Part shown: piece after piece, positions 10,818-19,966 of the stretch | Layout of the letters: each line of letters begins with the position of its first letter | Numbering within the stretch: position 1 is the stretch's first letter | Assembly: GCA_964549615.1 (NCBI GenBank) | Contig: CAZJVP010000018.1 | Location: forward strand, 13,802 to 77,801 | Reading direction: 5' to 3' | DNA from: an uncultured Thermococci archaeon | Lineage (GTDB): Archaea; CAYQAE01; CAYVLA01 | DNA length: 64,000 bases | The notes under the pieces: model-generated | The model's input: the letters and a program-made list of their open reading frames with translations, nothing else | Told to the model about the DNA's origin: nothing | The model's database searches: none | Translations under genes and position numbers: made by a program

Positions 10818-11716
10818 ACGGGGAAACAGTTGAGGACACGTTTGCGGAAGCCTTTCGGTCGTACTACTCCCGCGTGTTGATCACCGGCTCAACATCCGAG
10901 CTGGCTAGGACCGCCGCGGTCACCTCAACAGGATTCGCCACGTCGGCACTAGGATGCGGCGTTGAGGCTGGTATCGAGACTGAGCTTCCGGAGAAACAAG
11001 CGCCGGATGGCAGGCCCGGCATCATCTGCCAGTACCACATCTGGAGCAGGGACCCCAAGAAGATGTATGGAGTCCTGCTCGCTAGGATCGGGCACTGCGT
11101 TCTGACCGCCCCGAGTACCGCGGTTTTTGATGCTACGGCAAACCCCTTGGCCAAGATCGATCTGGGTGTGAAGCTCGGGTTCTTCGGCGATGGCTACGAG
11201 GAAGAAGGAGAGATCGGGGGCAGAAAGGTCATCATCATACCCATCATGGGGGGAGAGTTCAAGATCGAGAGAGAGGTGGGAATGAGCAAGGGCATCTCAG
11301 GGGGAAACCTGTGGTTCATGGGGTCCTCCCAGTCTGCTGCAATCGAGGCGGCACGGTCAGCCACAGCGGCAATAAGCGGAGTAAAGGGCGTCATCACCCC
11401 CTTCCCGGGCGGGGTCTGCAGCTCCGGATCCAAGGTGGGAGCCGAGAGGTACAAGTTCCTAGCCAACTCAACCAATCATCCCTATTGCCCAACGCTGAGG
11501 GGCAAGATCCGGGATTCCAAGGTTCCGAAGGGCGTGGAGTCCATTATGGAAGTAGTCATCAACGGAACCAGCCTCAAGTCTGTCCAAAGAGCAATGAAGG
11601 TGGGCATCGATGCAGCCCTTGGGACGAAGGGGCTCATCAGGATCTCCGCAGGGAACTTCGGCGGAAAACTTGGGCGGTTCAAGATCCATTTAAGAGACTT
11701 GCAGGATGCGCCGTGA
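10814..11716 (+). CDS. ftr: Formylmethanofuran:H4MPT formyltransferase
   Basis: VEDTFAEAF, TGFATS..GCGVEAG, PDGRPG, FFGDGYE, SGSKVG, ISAGNFGGKLG. Confidence 0.96.
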   Translation: MNGETVEDTFAEAFRSYYSRVLITGSTSELARTAAVTSTGFATSALGCGVEAGIETELPEKQAPDGRPGIICQYHIWSRDPKKMYGVLLARIGHCVLTAPSTAVFDATANPLAKIDLGVKLGFFGDGYEEEGEIGGRKVIIIPIMGGEFKIEREVGMSKGISGGNLWFMGSSQSAAIEAARSATAAISGVKGVITPFPGGVCSSGSKVGAERYKFLANSTNHPYCPTLRGKIRDSKVPKGVESIMEVVINGTSLKSVQRAMKVGIDAALGTKGLIRISAGNFGGKLGRFKIHLRDLQDAP

Positions 11717-11752
11717 CCATCGCCCCCGCAAACCCTTGAACGAGGCAAGCCA

Positions 11753-13201
11753 ATGCAGCACAGGCAAGAGCTCGAGAAGGTCCTCGATATCGACAAACTG
11801 AAGTACTGCTACGAATGCGGCATCTGCACATCCAGCTGCCCGGTCGCAGAGTTGATGCCAAGAGTGTACAATCCACGAAGCCTGCTCCAACAGATCCCAC
11901 TCGATTTCCAGCAGGCCACGAAGAGCAAGGAGATCTGGCTTTGCGCATGGTGCTACCGGTGCTACAGGAGGTGTCCGCAAGGGCTTAGAGTTCCGGATAT
12001 TCTCTTGCTGCTCAAGGACACTGCAGCCCAGAGCGGATCCCTTGAAGGATTCAAAGAGGCATTGGAGGTGATCCTCAGAGAGGTCCCTTTGCCCTTGGCC
12101 TGCCTATACGCTTGCTTCAACCCTGCGCGAGGCAACGTGGAGAAGCCGGGGACAATCGAGGCCGTGAGGCACCTGGTGGCCAACTACCGGCACCTGACAA
12201 GAGGGGAGAAAGCCGACATCGCCAGCCCCCGAAAGGAGAGGATAGCCATAGTGGGATCGGGTCCGGCCGGCCTGACCGCCGCCCAGGAGCTCGCGAAGAA
12301 GGGATACTTGGTCACCGTGTTCGAATCGATGCCCAGACCTGGCGGCATGTTGGGTTGGTGCATACCGGCATATAGGTTGCCAAGAGAGGCCGTCGAGGCT
12401 GAGATCCAACGGATAAGGGACCTCGGGGTCGACTTCCGAACCAATGTGACGGTCGGCAAAGACCTGTCCATCGACGACATCTTGAAGGAAGGCTACGATG
12501 CCTTGTTCATCGCCATAGGAGCCCAGAAGGTGAGAAAGCTCGGCATTGAGGGCGAGAACCTCCGCGGGGTCCTTGATGCCCTTGACTTCCTGAGGAAGGC
12601 AGGCACAGGAGAGAAGATCGAACTCGGAAACAAGGTTGCGGTGGTTGGTGGCGGAGATGTGGCGATGGATGCAGCCAGGATCGCTAGGGTTGCCCTCCAT
12701 CTTGGAGCAAAGGATGTCACGATACTGTACAGGAGGTCGAGAGACGAGATGCCGGCAAACCCCTGGGAGGTCAAGGAAACCGAGGATGAGGGCGTCAGGA
12801 TCGAGTTCCTGGTTGCGCCCAAGAGGATCCTGGGCAAGGATGGACGCGTTGCGGCCTTGGAGTGCGTTCGCATGAAGCTGGGAAGGCCCGACCAAACCGG
12901 CAGGAGAAGGCCAATACCGATCCAAGGATCTGAGTTCATGATGGAGGTCGACAGCGTGATACCGGCGATAGGCGAAAGCCCAAGCCTCTTTCCGCTCCCA
13001 AAGGGGGTCAGGATCACGAAAAGAAACACCATCGCGGCCGATCCTTTCACCCTCCAGACCGGCGTTCCTGGAATATTTGCCGGAGGCGATGTTGTACGCG
13101 GGCCGTCGACGGTGATCGAGGCCGTGGTGGACGGAAAGAGGGCCGCAGAATCGATTCACCGATACCTGCTAGACAGATCCAAGACGGGCCAAGGTGGTTG
13201 A
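11753..13201 (+). CDS. Fusion: HdrC-like 2x[4Fe-4S] domain + GltD/NfnB-like FAD/NAD(P)H oxidoreductase
   Basis: CYECGICTSSCP and IWLCAWCYRCYRRCPQG (HdrC-type); then IVGSGPAGL, GGML..IPAYRLP, VVGGGDVAMDAAR, YRRS..EMPA, FAGGDVVRGP. Confidence 0.88.
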   Translation: MQHRQELEKVLDIDKLKYCYECGICTSSCPVAELMPRVYNPRSLLQQIPLDFQQATKSKEIWLCAWCYRCYRRCPQGLRVPDILLLLKDTAAQSGSLEGFKEALEVILREVPLPLACLYACFNPARGNVEKPGTIEAVRHLVANYRHLTRGEKADIASPRKERIAIVGSGPAGLTAAQELAKKGYLVTVFESMPRPGGMLGWCIPAYRLPREAVEAEIQRIRDLGVDFRTNVTVGKDLSIDDILKEGYDALFIAIGAQKVRKLGIEGENLRGVLDALDFLRKAGTGEKIELGNKVAVVGGGDVAMDAARIARVALHLGAKDVTILYRRSRDEMPANPWEVKETEDEGVRIEFLVAPKRILGKDGRVAALECVRMKLGRPDQTGRRRPIPIQGSEFMMEVDSVIPAIGESPSLFPLPKGVRITKRNTIAADPFTLQTGVPGIFAGGDVVRGPSTVIEAVVDGKRAAESIHRYLLDRSKTGQGG

Positions 13202-15653
13202 GATGCCGGAAGCGGAAGCCATCGGAAAGACGATCACGGAAACCGCCCTGCCTGTCCGAGACGATGAGATTAGAGTAGGCGTCTATGTCTGCCATTGTGG
13301 ACTGAATATCGCGGGCTCCGTTGACTGCGAGGAAGTGGCAAGATTCGCCGGGGGCCTTCCGGATGTCGTCGTTTCAAGGAGTAGCCGTTACACCTGCTCG
13401 GACCAGGGACAGGAACTGATCAAGAGCGACATCAAGGAACACAAGCTGAACCGCGTTGTGGTTGCGTCCTGCACACCTCGTCTCCACGAACCCACCTTCA
13501 GAAAGGCGTGTGAGGAAGCCGGATTGAACAAGTATCTCTTTGAGATGGCAAACATCAGAGAGCACTGCAGCTGGATACATCTCTACGAGAAGGAAAAGGC
13601 CACTGAGAAGGCCAAGGACCTTGTCAGGATGGCCGTGGCCAAGGCCCGATTTCTGCAACCACAGGTTGAGCTTGAAGTCCCGGTCACAAGGCGGACACTC
13701 GTTGTGGGCGGGGGAGTCGCAGGCATCCAGGCGGCCCTAGATCTCGCAGATGCTGGTTACCAGGTGTACCTCGTGGAGAAGAACCCGAGCATCGGCGGCA
13801 GGATGGCGCAGATAGACAAGACCTTCCCGACCATGGACTGTTCCATCTGCATCCTCGCGCCCAAGATGTCGGAAGCGGGAAGGCATCCAAACATCGAGTT
13901 GATGACGAATAGCGAGGTCATTGAGGTAAGTGGTTACATCGGCAATTTCAAGGTAAAGGTATTGAAGAAGCCAAGATACGTGGTGAAATGTAACAGCTGT
14001 GGTGAGTGCGCCAACGTATGTCCCGTCCAGGTCCCAAACGAGTTCGACGCAAACTTCGCCCCAAGAAAGGCCATCTACATCCCCTTTGCACAAGCGGTCC
14101 CGTCCACGTACATAGTGGACATGGATCACTGCATAAGGTGTTACGAGTGCATCAAGGCCTGCAAGGTCGCCGGTGCGGGGGCCATCGACTTCAATCAGAA
14201 GCCCGAAGTGGAGGAACGTGAGGTCGGCACGATCATCGTGGCAACGGGCGCGGATGTGTACGATCCCAGTTCGCTCACCGAGTATGGGTACGGGAGATAC
14301 GCAAACGTGATAACGTCGCTTGAGTTCGAACGCCTGATAAATGCCGGGGGCCCATCGGGCGGCCGGCTGATCCGGCCCAGCGATGGCAAGATCCCGGAGT
14401 CGGTGGCCTTCATCCAGTGTATTGGTTCGCGATCGGACAGGAGTGGTCACCTGTACTGTAGCAACGTCTGCTGTATGAACACGATCAAGGATGCCTTGCT
14501 CATAAAGGAGCACTGGCCGGAAACGAAGATCTACGTCTTCTATCTCGACATAAGGGCCTTCGGCAAAGGGTTCGAGGACCTGTTCAAGAGGGCAAAGAAG
14601 GAGGGCGTCATTTTCATCCGCGGCCTGCCGGCCGAGATCTACGAGAACGGAAGGAAGAACCTGATTCTCACCGGCGAGAACACTTTGAGGGGGGAGATCT
14701 ATAACATCGAGGTCGGACTAGTAACACTTTCGGTCGGGCTTAGGCCCGGACAGGACGCGGATATCGTCCAACGGCTCTTCAACCTATCCAGGACCCCGGA
14801 TGGCTTCTTCATGGAGGCGCATCCGAAGCTTCGTCCAGTGGATGCTCCAACGGGAGGCATATTCTTCGCGGGGTGCGCGGAATCCCCAAAGGACATCAAG
14901 GACTCCGTGACCCAAGCCAGCGCGGCGGCGGCGAGGGCAAACATCCTCATGGCTAAGGGAAGCGTGACGGTCGAAGCAATAACGCCCACTCTGATTCGGG
15001 AGAACTGCAAGGCCTGTGGGCTTTGCGCCAAAGTCTGCCCCTACAACGCCATTCGCGTCGACAAGGAGACGAAAACGACGGAGGTGATCGACGCGGCCTG
15101 CGCGGGATGCGGAACCTGCGGCGCAGAGTGCCCCTCGGGTGCGTTGGTCATGCGCCATTTCACGGACCAACAGATCATGGCCCAGATCGACGCAGCGACG
15201 GAAGATGACGCTGGAAAGAAGGTCATTGCCTTCTGCTGCAACTGGTGCTCATATGCAGCAGCGGATTTTGCTGGAGTCAGCAGGATGCAGCAACCCACTC
15301 TTGCCCGCGTGATCCGGACCATGTGCTCGGGAAGGGTGACAAGCAAGTTCATCGAACGGGCTTTTTCTAGAGGCGCAGGTGCTGTCCTGGTTTCCGGTTG
15401 CCACCCGGGTGACTGTCACTACATCAATGCCAACTACCAGACCCAGAAGCGAGTCGAGAGATTCTGGAAGACGATGGAAAAGAAAGGATTGGATAGGAGG
15501 CGGCTCCAGCTAGCCTGGTTCAGCGCTGCGGAGGGCGAGGCCTTTGCAAGGAAAATCAAGGAAATGCAGGAGATCGTGGAGAGCCTGACTCCCGACGAGA
15601 TCGAGAGATCGAAGGCGGTCTGGAAGACGGCTGTCGAGGCTGAGTCATCTTGA
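13194..15653 (+). CDS. hdrA: Heterodisulfide reductase subunit A fused to a C-terminal MvhD domain
   Basis: VYVCHCGLNI, VASCTPRLHE, NIREHCSW, GGGVAG, DKTFPTMDC, IQCIGSR, CSNVCC, two ferredoxin domains; MvhD motifs FCCNWCSY, MCSGRV, GCHPGDCHY. Confidence 0.95.
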   Translation: MVEMPEAEAIGKTITETALPVRDDEIRVGVYVCHCGLNIAGSVDCEEVARFAGGLPDVVVSRSSRYTCSDQGQELIKSDIKEHKLNRVVVASCTPRLHEPTFRKACEEAGLNKYLFEMANIREHCSWIHLYEKEKATEKAKDLVRMAVAKARFLQPQVELEVPVTRRTLVVGGGVAGIQAALDLADAGYQVYLVEKNPSIGGRMAQIDKTFPTMDCSICILAPKMSEAGRHPNIELMTNSEVIEVSGYIGNFKVKVLKKPRYVVKCNSCGECANVCPVQVPNEFDANFAPRKAIYIPFAQAVPSTYIVDMDHCIRCYECIKACKVAGAGAIDFNQKPEVEEREVGTIIVATGADVYDPSSLTEYGYGRYANVITSLEFERLINAGGPSGGRLIRPSDGKIPESVAFIQCIGSRSDRSGHLYCSNVCCMNTIKDALLIKEHWPETKIYVFYLDIRAFGKGFEDLFKRAKKEGVIFIRGLPAEIYENGRKNLILTGENTLRGEIYNIEVGLVTLSVGLRPGQDADIVQRLFNLSRTPDGFFMEAHPKLRPVDAPTGGIFFAGCAESPKDIKDSVTQASAAAARANILMAKGSVTVEAITPTLIRENCKACGLCAKVCPYNAIRVDKETKTTEVIDAACAGCGTCGAECPSGALVMRHFTDQQIMAQIDAATEDDAGKKVIAFCCNWCSYAAADFAGVSRMQQPTLARVIRTMCSGRVTSKFIERAFSRGAGAVLVSGCHPGDCHYINANYQTQKRVERFWKTMEKKGLDRRRLQLAWFSAAEGEAFARKIKEMQEIVESLTPDEIERSKAVWKTAVEAESS

Positions 15654-17410
15654 AGTGCATCCTGAACACCGGCAGGACATTGGAACAGGGCGTGGCATTG
15701 GAGGCTGGCAAGACATCGCAGCAGTACTATGAGGCTACCGCTCTGGCCTACGTCAACGATGACGACATGGAGGATCTGGGGTTGGAAGAGAATATGCCAA
15801 TGGAGATCTCCACGGAGTCTGGGTCGGTTGTCGTAAGATGCAGGAAGGGCTGGATAGACCGGGGCCAGATCTTCATGCCCTGGGGCCCCTGGGCCAACGC
15901 GATCGTGGGTTCCGACACATCGGGGACTGGCATGCCAAGATATAAGGGCGTTGAGGTGGAGGTCAGCCCAACCAACAAGCCGATTACAACGCTCCACGAT
16001 CTCTTCGTTGAGAAGGACAGGATGGTCAGAGCCGTCAGCGAGATTCCGAGATACTCCCCAAGCGCAACTACCCAGCTCGAGTCCAAGGGGCAGGGCGAGA
16101 GTGTTCAAACCACAATCAGCAACGTGGTCTGTCCTTTCTGTGGCTGCCTGTGTGATGATGTGGAGATCGTGACTGAGAGGGGAAGAATAGTAGATGCGGT
16201 AGTGGGTTGTGAGCTTTCCAAGAGCAGGTTCCTGAATTGGGACAAAGATCGAGTCAAACCGGCGATCAGGAAGGATGGGAAACTTGTCGAAGTGACCCTT
16301 GACAAGGCTATAGAAAAGGCGGCCGAGATTCTCAGAAAGGCCGACTACCCTCTGATCTACGGCCTGAGTTCAACGGAAGTGGACGCTCAGAGGGCAGCCA
16401 TCAACCTTGCTGAGATGATCGGTGCAACAATCGATAACACAACCTCGGTATGCCACGGTCCAACCACGCTTGCTGCCCAAGATTGCGGTGTGCCGGAGAT
16501 GACATTGGGGGAAGTGAGAAACAGAGCCGACTTAGTCATCTACTGGGGATGCAATCCCGCGGAGGCACACATCCGACACGTAACGCGGTACGCCACGACT
16601 CCGAAGGGCATGTTCATCAAAGGCGGAAGAAAAGACCGATTCGTGATCCACGTGGACGTTAGGGAAACGAAGACCGCGAAGGCTGACCCCAGGTGGCACT
16701 TCGTCTACCAACTCGCCAACATGTTCGTGAAAGTTAGACCCGGCCAGGACTACGAGCTGTTCTCGGCCCTAAGGGCCAGGTTAAGGGGACATGAGGTGGG
16801 TGAAGTTGCCGGGGTGCCCGCAAGCACTATCGACGACCTCGTCAACCGAATGAAGACGTGCAAGTTCGGAGTCATATTCTTTGGTCTGGGTCTCACAATG
16901 TCGAGCGGCCGGCACATGAACATCGATGCAGTCCTGCGACTGGTCAGAGACCTGAATGACCACACCAAGTTCACGATCCTCCCGATGAGGGGCCACCACA
17001 ACGTAGCGGGGATCAACCATGTGATGCTGTGGACCACGGGATACCCCTATGCCGTCAACTTCTCGCGAGGCTATCCCATCTACAACCCGGGCGAGTTCTC
17101 GGCCGTGGACGTGCTTGCCCGAGGGGAATGCGATGCAGCCTTGATAGTCGCATCCGACCCGGTCGCTCACTTCCCGGTCCAGGCCGTCAAGCATCTTGCT
17201 GGAATCCCAACGATCGTAGTCGACCCGAAGATGAGCATGACCTCGCTGATGGCCGAGGTTCTGATCCCATCCGCGATAGCAGGAATCGAGTGCGACGGAA
17301 CCGCCTATCGAATGGATGGCGTGCCCATCAGGCTCAGGAAGGTCGTCGATTCAGCATTCGAGCCAGACAAGCTGATCTTGGATAGGATCATCGAGAGGGT
17401 CCGGAGTTGA
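15650..17410 (+). CDS. fwdB: Formylmethanofuran dehydrogenase subunit D-B fusion (Mo/W-pterin)
   Basis: FwdD part LNTGRTLEQG...MPWGPWAN...TGMPRYKG; FwdB part CPFCGCLCDD, SVCHGP, EVRNRAD, WGCNP, PMRGHHNV, AYRMDGVP. Confidence 0.93.
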   Translation: MKCILNTGRTLEQGVALEAGKTSQQYYEATALAYVNDDDMEDLGLEENMPMEISTESGSVVVRCRKGWIDRGQIFMPWGPWANAIVGSDTSGTGMPRYKGVEVEVSPTNKPITTLHDLFVEKDRMVRAVSEIPRYSPSATTQLESKGQGESVQTTISNVVCPFCGCLCDDVEIVTERGRIVDAVVGCELSKSRFLNWDKDRVKPAIRKDGKLVEVTLDKAIEKAAEILRKADYPLIYGLSSTEVDAQRAAINLAEMIGATIDNTTSVCHGPTTLAAQDCGVPEMTLGEVRNRADLVIYWGCNPAEAHIRHVTRYATTPKGMFIKGGRKDRFVIHVDVRETKTAKADPRWHFVYQLANMFVKVRPGQDYELFSALRARLRGHEVGEVAGVPASTIDDLVNRMKTCKFGVIFFGLGLTMSSGRHMNIDAVLRLVRDLNDHTKFTILPMRGHHNVAGINHVMLWTTGYPYAVNFSRGYPIYNPGEFSAVDVLARGECDAALIVASDPVAHFPVQAVKHLAGIPTIVVDPKMSMTSLMAEVLIPSAIAGIECDGTAYRMDGVPIRLRKVVDSAFEPDKLILDRIIERVRS

Positions 17411-19035
17411 GTGTCGTCACAAGCAGTCTTGTCATAAGGAACGGCACCGTCTACGACCCGGCCAATGGGATAGACGGGGAGAAGATGGACCTGTTCATCG
17501 AGAACGGAAAGATGGTCGAGGAAACCAGAGGCAGGGAGATAGACGCATCAGGATTGGTTGTGTTCCCCGGGGGGATCGATATCCATTCCCACATCGCAGG
17601 GTCCAAGGTCAACCTCGGCAGGCTGTTCAGGCCGGAGGACCACAGGAAGGACCATGTCAGCAGGACCCACCTTACAAGAAGCGGCGTGGGATACTCGGTT
17701 CCGACGACCTTTGTGACCGGTTACAGATATGCCAAGCTCGGCTACACAACTATCATGGAGGCTGCAAGCCCTCCCCTGATGACGAGGCATACTCACGAGG
17801 AACTGAATGACACCCCCATCGTCGACAAAGCGTGCTACACTCTCATGGGAAACAATCACTTCGTCATGGACTACATCAAGAAGGGAGAGATGGAGAAACT
17901 CCGAGATTACGTGGCTTGGCTCCTGAACGCCACGAAGGGATATGCGGTGAAGATAGTCAACCCCGGCGGCGTGGAGAACTGGAAGTGGGGCAGAAATGTG
18001 GAAAGCATAGATGACAAGGTCGACAACTATGAGGTCACCCCCAGAGAGATACTGGTTGGCCTCTCTAGGGTCAACGACGACCTTGGTCTGCCGCATGCGA
18101 TACACGTTCACGCCAACAATCTGGGTTCGCCCGGCAATTACGAGACCACCCTGCAGACCATGGACGCTGTGAAAGGCAGAATGCATCTGACCCATCTGCA
18201 GTTCCACTCGTACGCGGGAGACAGCTGGGCCAAATTCAGCTCCGGCGTCGACGAGGTGGTCAAATCAGTGGATAAACACGACAACATCACATGCGATATG
18301 GGCCAGGTGATCTTCGGCGACACTACCACGATGACGGCCGACGGCCCGTGGCAACACCGCCTCTATGGGCTGACGGGCAACAAGTGGTTCAATGCTGATG
18401 TAGAAATGGAGACCGGAGCGGGGGTCGTTCCCTACTACTTCACCAGGAAGAGTCCCGTTAACTCGGTTCAGTGGGCAATAGGTCTGGAGATTGCCCTCAT
18501 GGTCAAAGATCCTTGGAAGGTCTGCCTCACGACCGACCATCCCAACGGGGGACCCTTCTATATGTACCCAAAGGTCATCTCGTGGCTCATGAGCAAGAAG
18601 GCGCGGGACCAAACCCTAGGATCGATCCACAAGGCCGCCTCCGCTAGAACTGCCCTGCCCAGCCTCGATAGGGAGTACTCCCTCTACGACATCGCCATCG
18701 TCACGAGGGCAGCGCAGGCCCGGGCCCTGGGGCTGAAGAACAAGGGGCATTTGGGGGTTGGAGCCGACGCCGACGTGGCGATCTATGAGTTCGCCGAGGA
18801 CCACGTACAGCGCTCCTTCTCGAAAACGCGGTACACAATCAAGGAGGGAAGGGTCGTCGCTGTGAACGGAGAGATCGTCGACTCGTTTCAAGGAAGAACC
18901 TTTTGGGCTGATGCTCAGGGCGGGGTGACCGATGAGGTCAGGGAAGCATTTGCGAAATACTACACGGTCTCGTTTGAGAATTATCCCGTTCAGGACGATT
19001 ATCTACCCAGAGCCGAGGCCGTTCCATGTGGCTAG
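17407..19035 (+). CDS. fwdA: Formylmethanofuran dehydrogenase subunit A
   Basis: VYDPANG, DIHSHIAG, KIVNPGG, HVHANNLG, TADGP, TTDHPNGGP, GHLGVGADAD. Confidence 0.97.
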   Translation: MSVVTSSLVIRNGTVYDPANGIDGEKMDLFIENGKMVEETRGREIDASGLVVFPGGIDIHSHIAGSKVNLGRLFRPEDHRKDHVSRTHLTRSGVGYSVPTTFVTGYRYAKLGYTTIMEAASPPLMTRHTHEELNDTPIVDKACYTLMGNNHFVMDYIKKGEMEKLRDYVAWLLNATKGYAVKIVNPGGVENWKWGRNVESIDDKVDNYEVTPREILVGLSRVNDDLGLPHAIHVHANNLGSPGNYETTLQTMDAVKGRMHLTHLQFHSYAGDSWAKFSSGVDEVVKSVDKHDNITCDMGQVIFGDTTTMTADGPWQHRLYGLTGNKWFNADVEMETGAGVVPYYFTRKSPVNSVQWAIGLEIALMVKDPWKVCLTTDHPNGGPFYMYPKVISWLMSKKARDQTLGSIHKAASARTALPSLDREYSLYDIAIVTRAAQARALGLKNKGHLGVGADADVAIYEFAEDHVQRSFSKTRYTIKEGRVVAVNGEIVDSFQGRTFWADAQGGVTDEVREAFAKYYTVSFENYPVQDDYLPRAEAVPCG

Positions 19036-19102
19036 ATCAGGACAGGGCATCAGTTTCATCGTGGGACACGGGTTCGAGCAGCAATCCGCGTGAGGGAGCA
19101 CC

Positions 19103-19915
19103 GTGATCAGGCTTAGACCGAGACAGGAATCGAGAATCCCAGTGGAGGCGGAATGCATATCGCCCGACGCCTTCTCGGGGAAGTCGGCAGCGCAAGTGGA
19201 GGATATGAAGATCCTATGGGGCAACAAGACGAAGAGGTTGGTCGATCTCTTCGAGGTCGTTGAGGATCCGGCAGAGCCTAACGAGATAGTGGTGGACGGG
19301 GACGTGAGATTCGTCAAGCATATCGGCGCCAAGATGAGCATGGGAAGGGTGATCGTGAACGGCGATGCGGGCATGCACCTCGGCCGGGGGATGGCGGGGG
19401 GCGAGATAATCGTAAACGGAGATGCTGGGGACTGGCTGGGAACGGAGATGGTCGGCGGGCTTATCAGAGTTAAGGGAAACGTGGGAAACTTGGCTGGGTC
19501 TGCCTACCGGGGCTCCAAGTCCGGCATGAAGGGTGGGATGATCGTCATCGAGGGGGGTGCAGGCGATGAGCTGGGCGAGTTGATGGAGGGTGGAACGATA
19601 GCCGTGAAAGGCAACGTGCAATCATTTGCGGGGGCGCTGATGTCGGGCGGGGCGATCGTTTGCTTCGGGGGTCTGGGCGGGAGACCGGGCGCTGGGATGA
19701 CCAACGGAACCCTACTTGCCTTCAGCCAGCCAAGGCTTCTTCCGACGTTCAGATACGCGCGAACGTACAAACCGACTTTCATCAAGCCTATCCTTGAGGA
19801 GCTTAGGAAGCAAGGCCTCCCAGTGGAAGACCGGCAGATAGAAGGCTTGTACGACGCGTACGAGGGAGATCTTGCATGCGACGGGAAGGGGAAGATCCTC
19901 GTTTGGAAAGACTAG
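19103..19915 (+). CDS. fwdC: Formylmethanofuran dehydrogenase subunit C
   Basis: PVEAECISPD, WGNK, repeated GxxMxGGxIxVxG beta-helix, AYRGSKSGMKGG, LLPTF, GDL..GKG. Confidence 0.96.
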   Translation: MIRLRPRQESRIPVEAECISPDAFSGKSAAQVEDMKILWGNKTKRLVDLFEVVEDPAEPNEIVVDGDVRFVKHIGAKMSMGRVIVNGDAGMHLGRGMAGGEIIVNGDAGDWLGTEMVGGLIRVKGNVGNLAGSAYRGSKSGMKGGMIVIEGGAGDELGELMEGGTIAVKGNVQSFAGALMSGGAIVCFGGLGGRPGAGMTNGTLLAFSQPRLLPTFRYARTYKPTFIKPILEELRKQGLPVEDRQIEGLYDAYEGDLACDGKGKILVWKD

Positions 19916-19966
19916 GCACAGATCTCCACGGGCGGTGCTTCTGCCCAGTGTGTCTGGATCCCGATG

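Noticed and set aside
13194-17410. Selenocysteine recoding in HdrA, MvhD or FwdB
   Set aside because: The ORFs are uninterrupted and the relevant positions are Cys codons.
19028-19102. In-frame GTG...TGA upstream of fwdC (possible readthrough extension)
   Set aside because: The 21-codon peptide resembles nothing; fwdC has its own GAGGGAG SD and a normal N-terminus.
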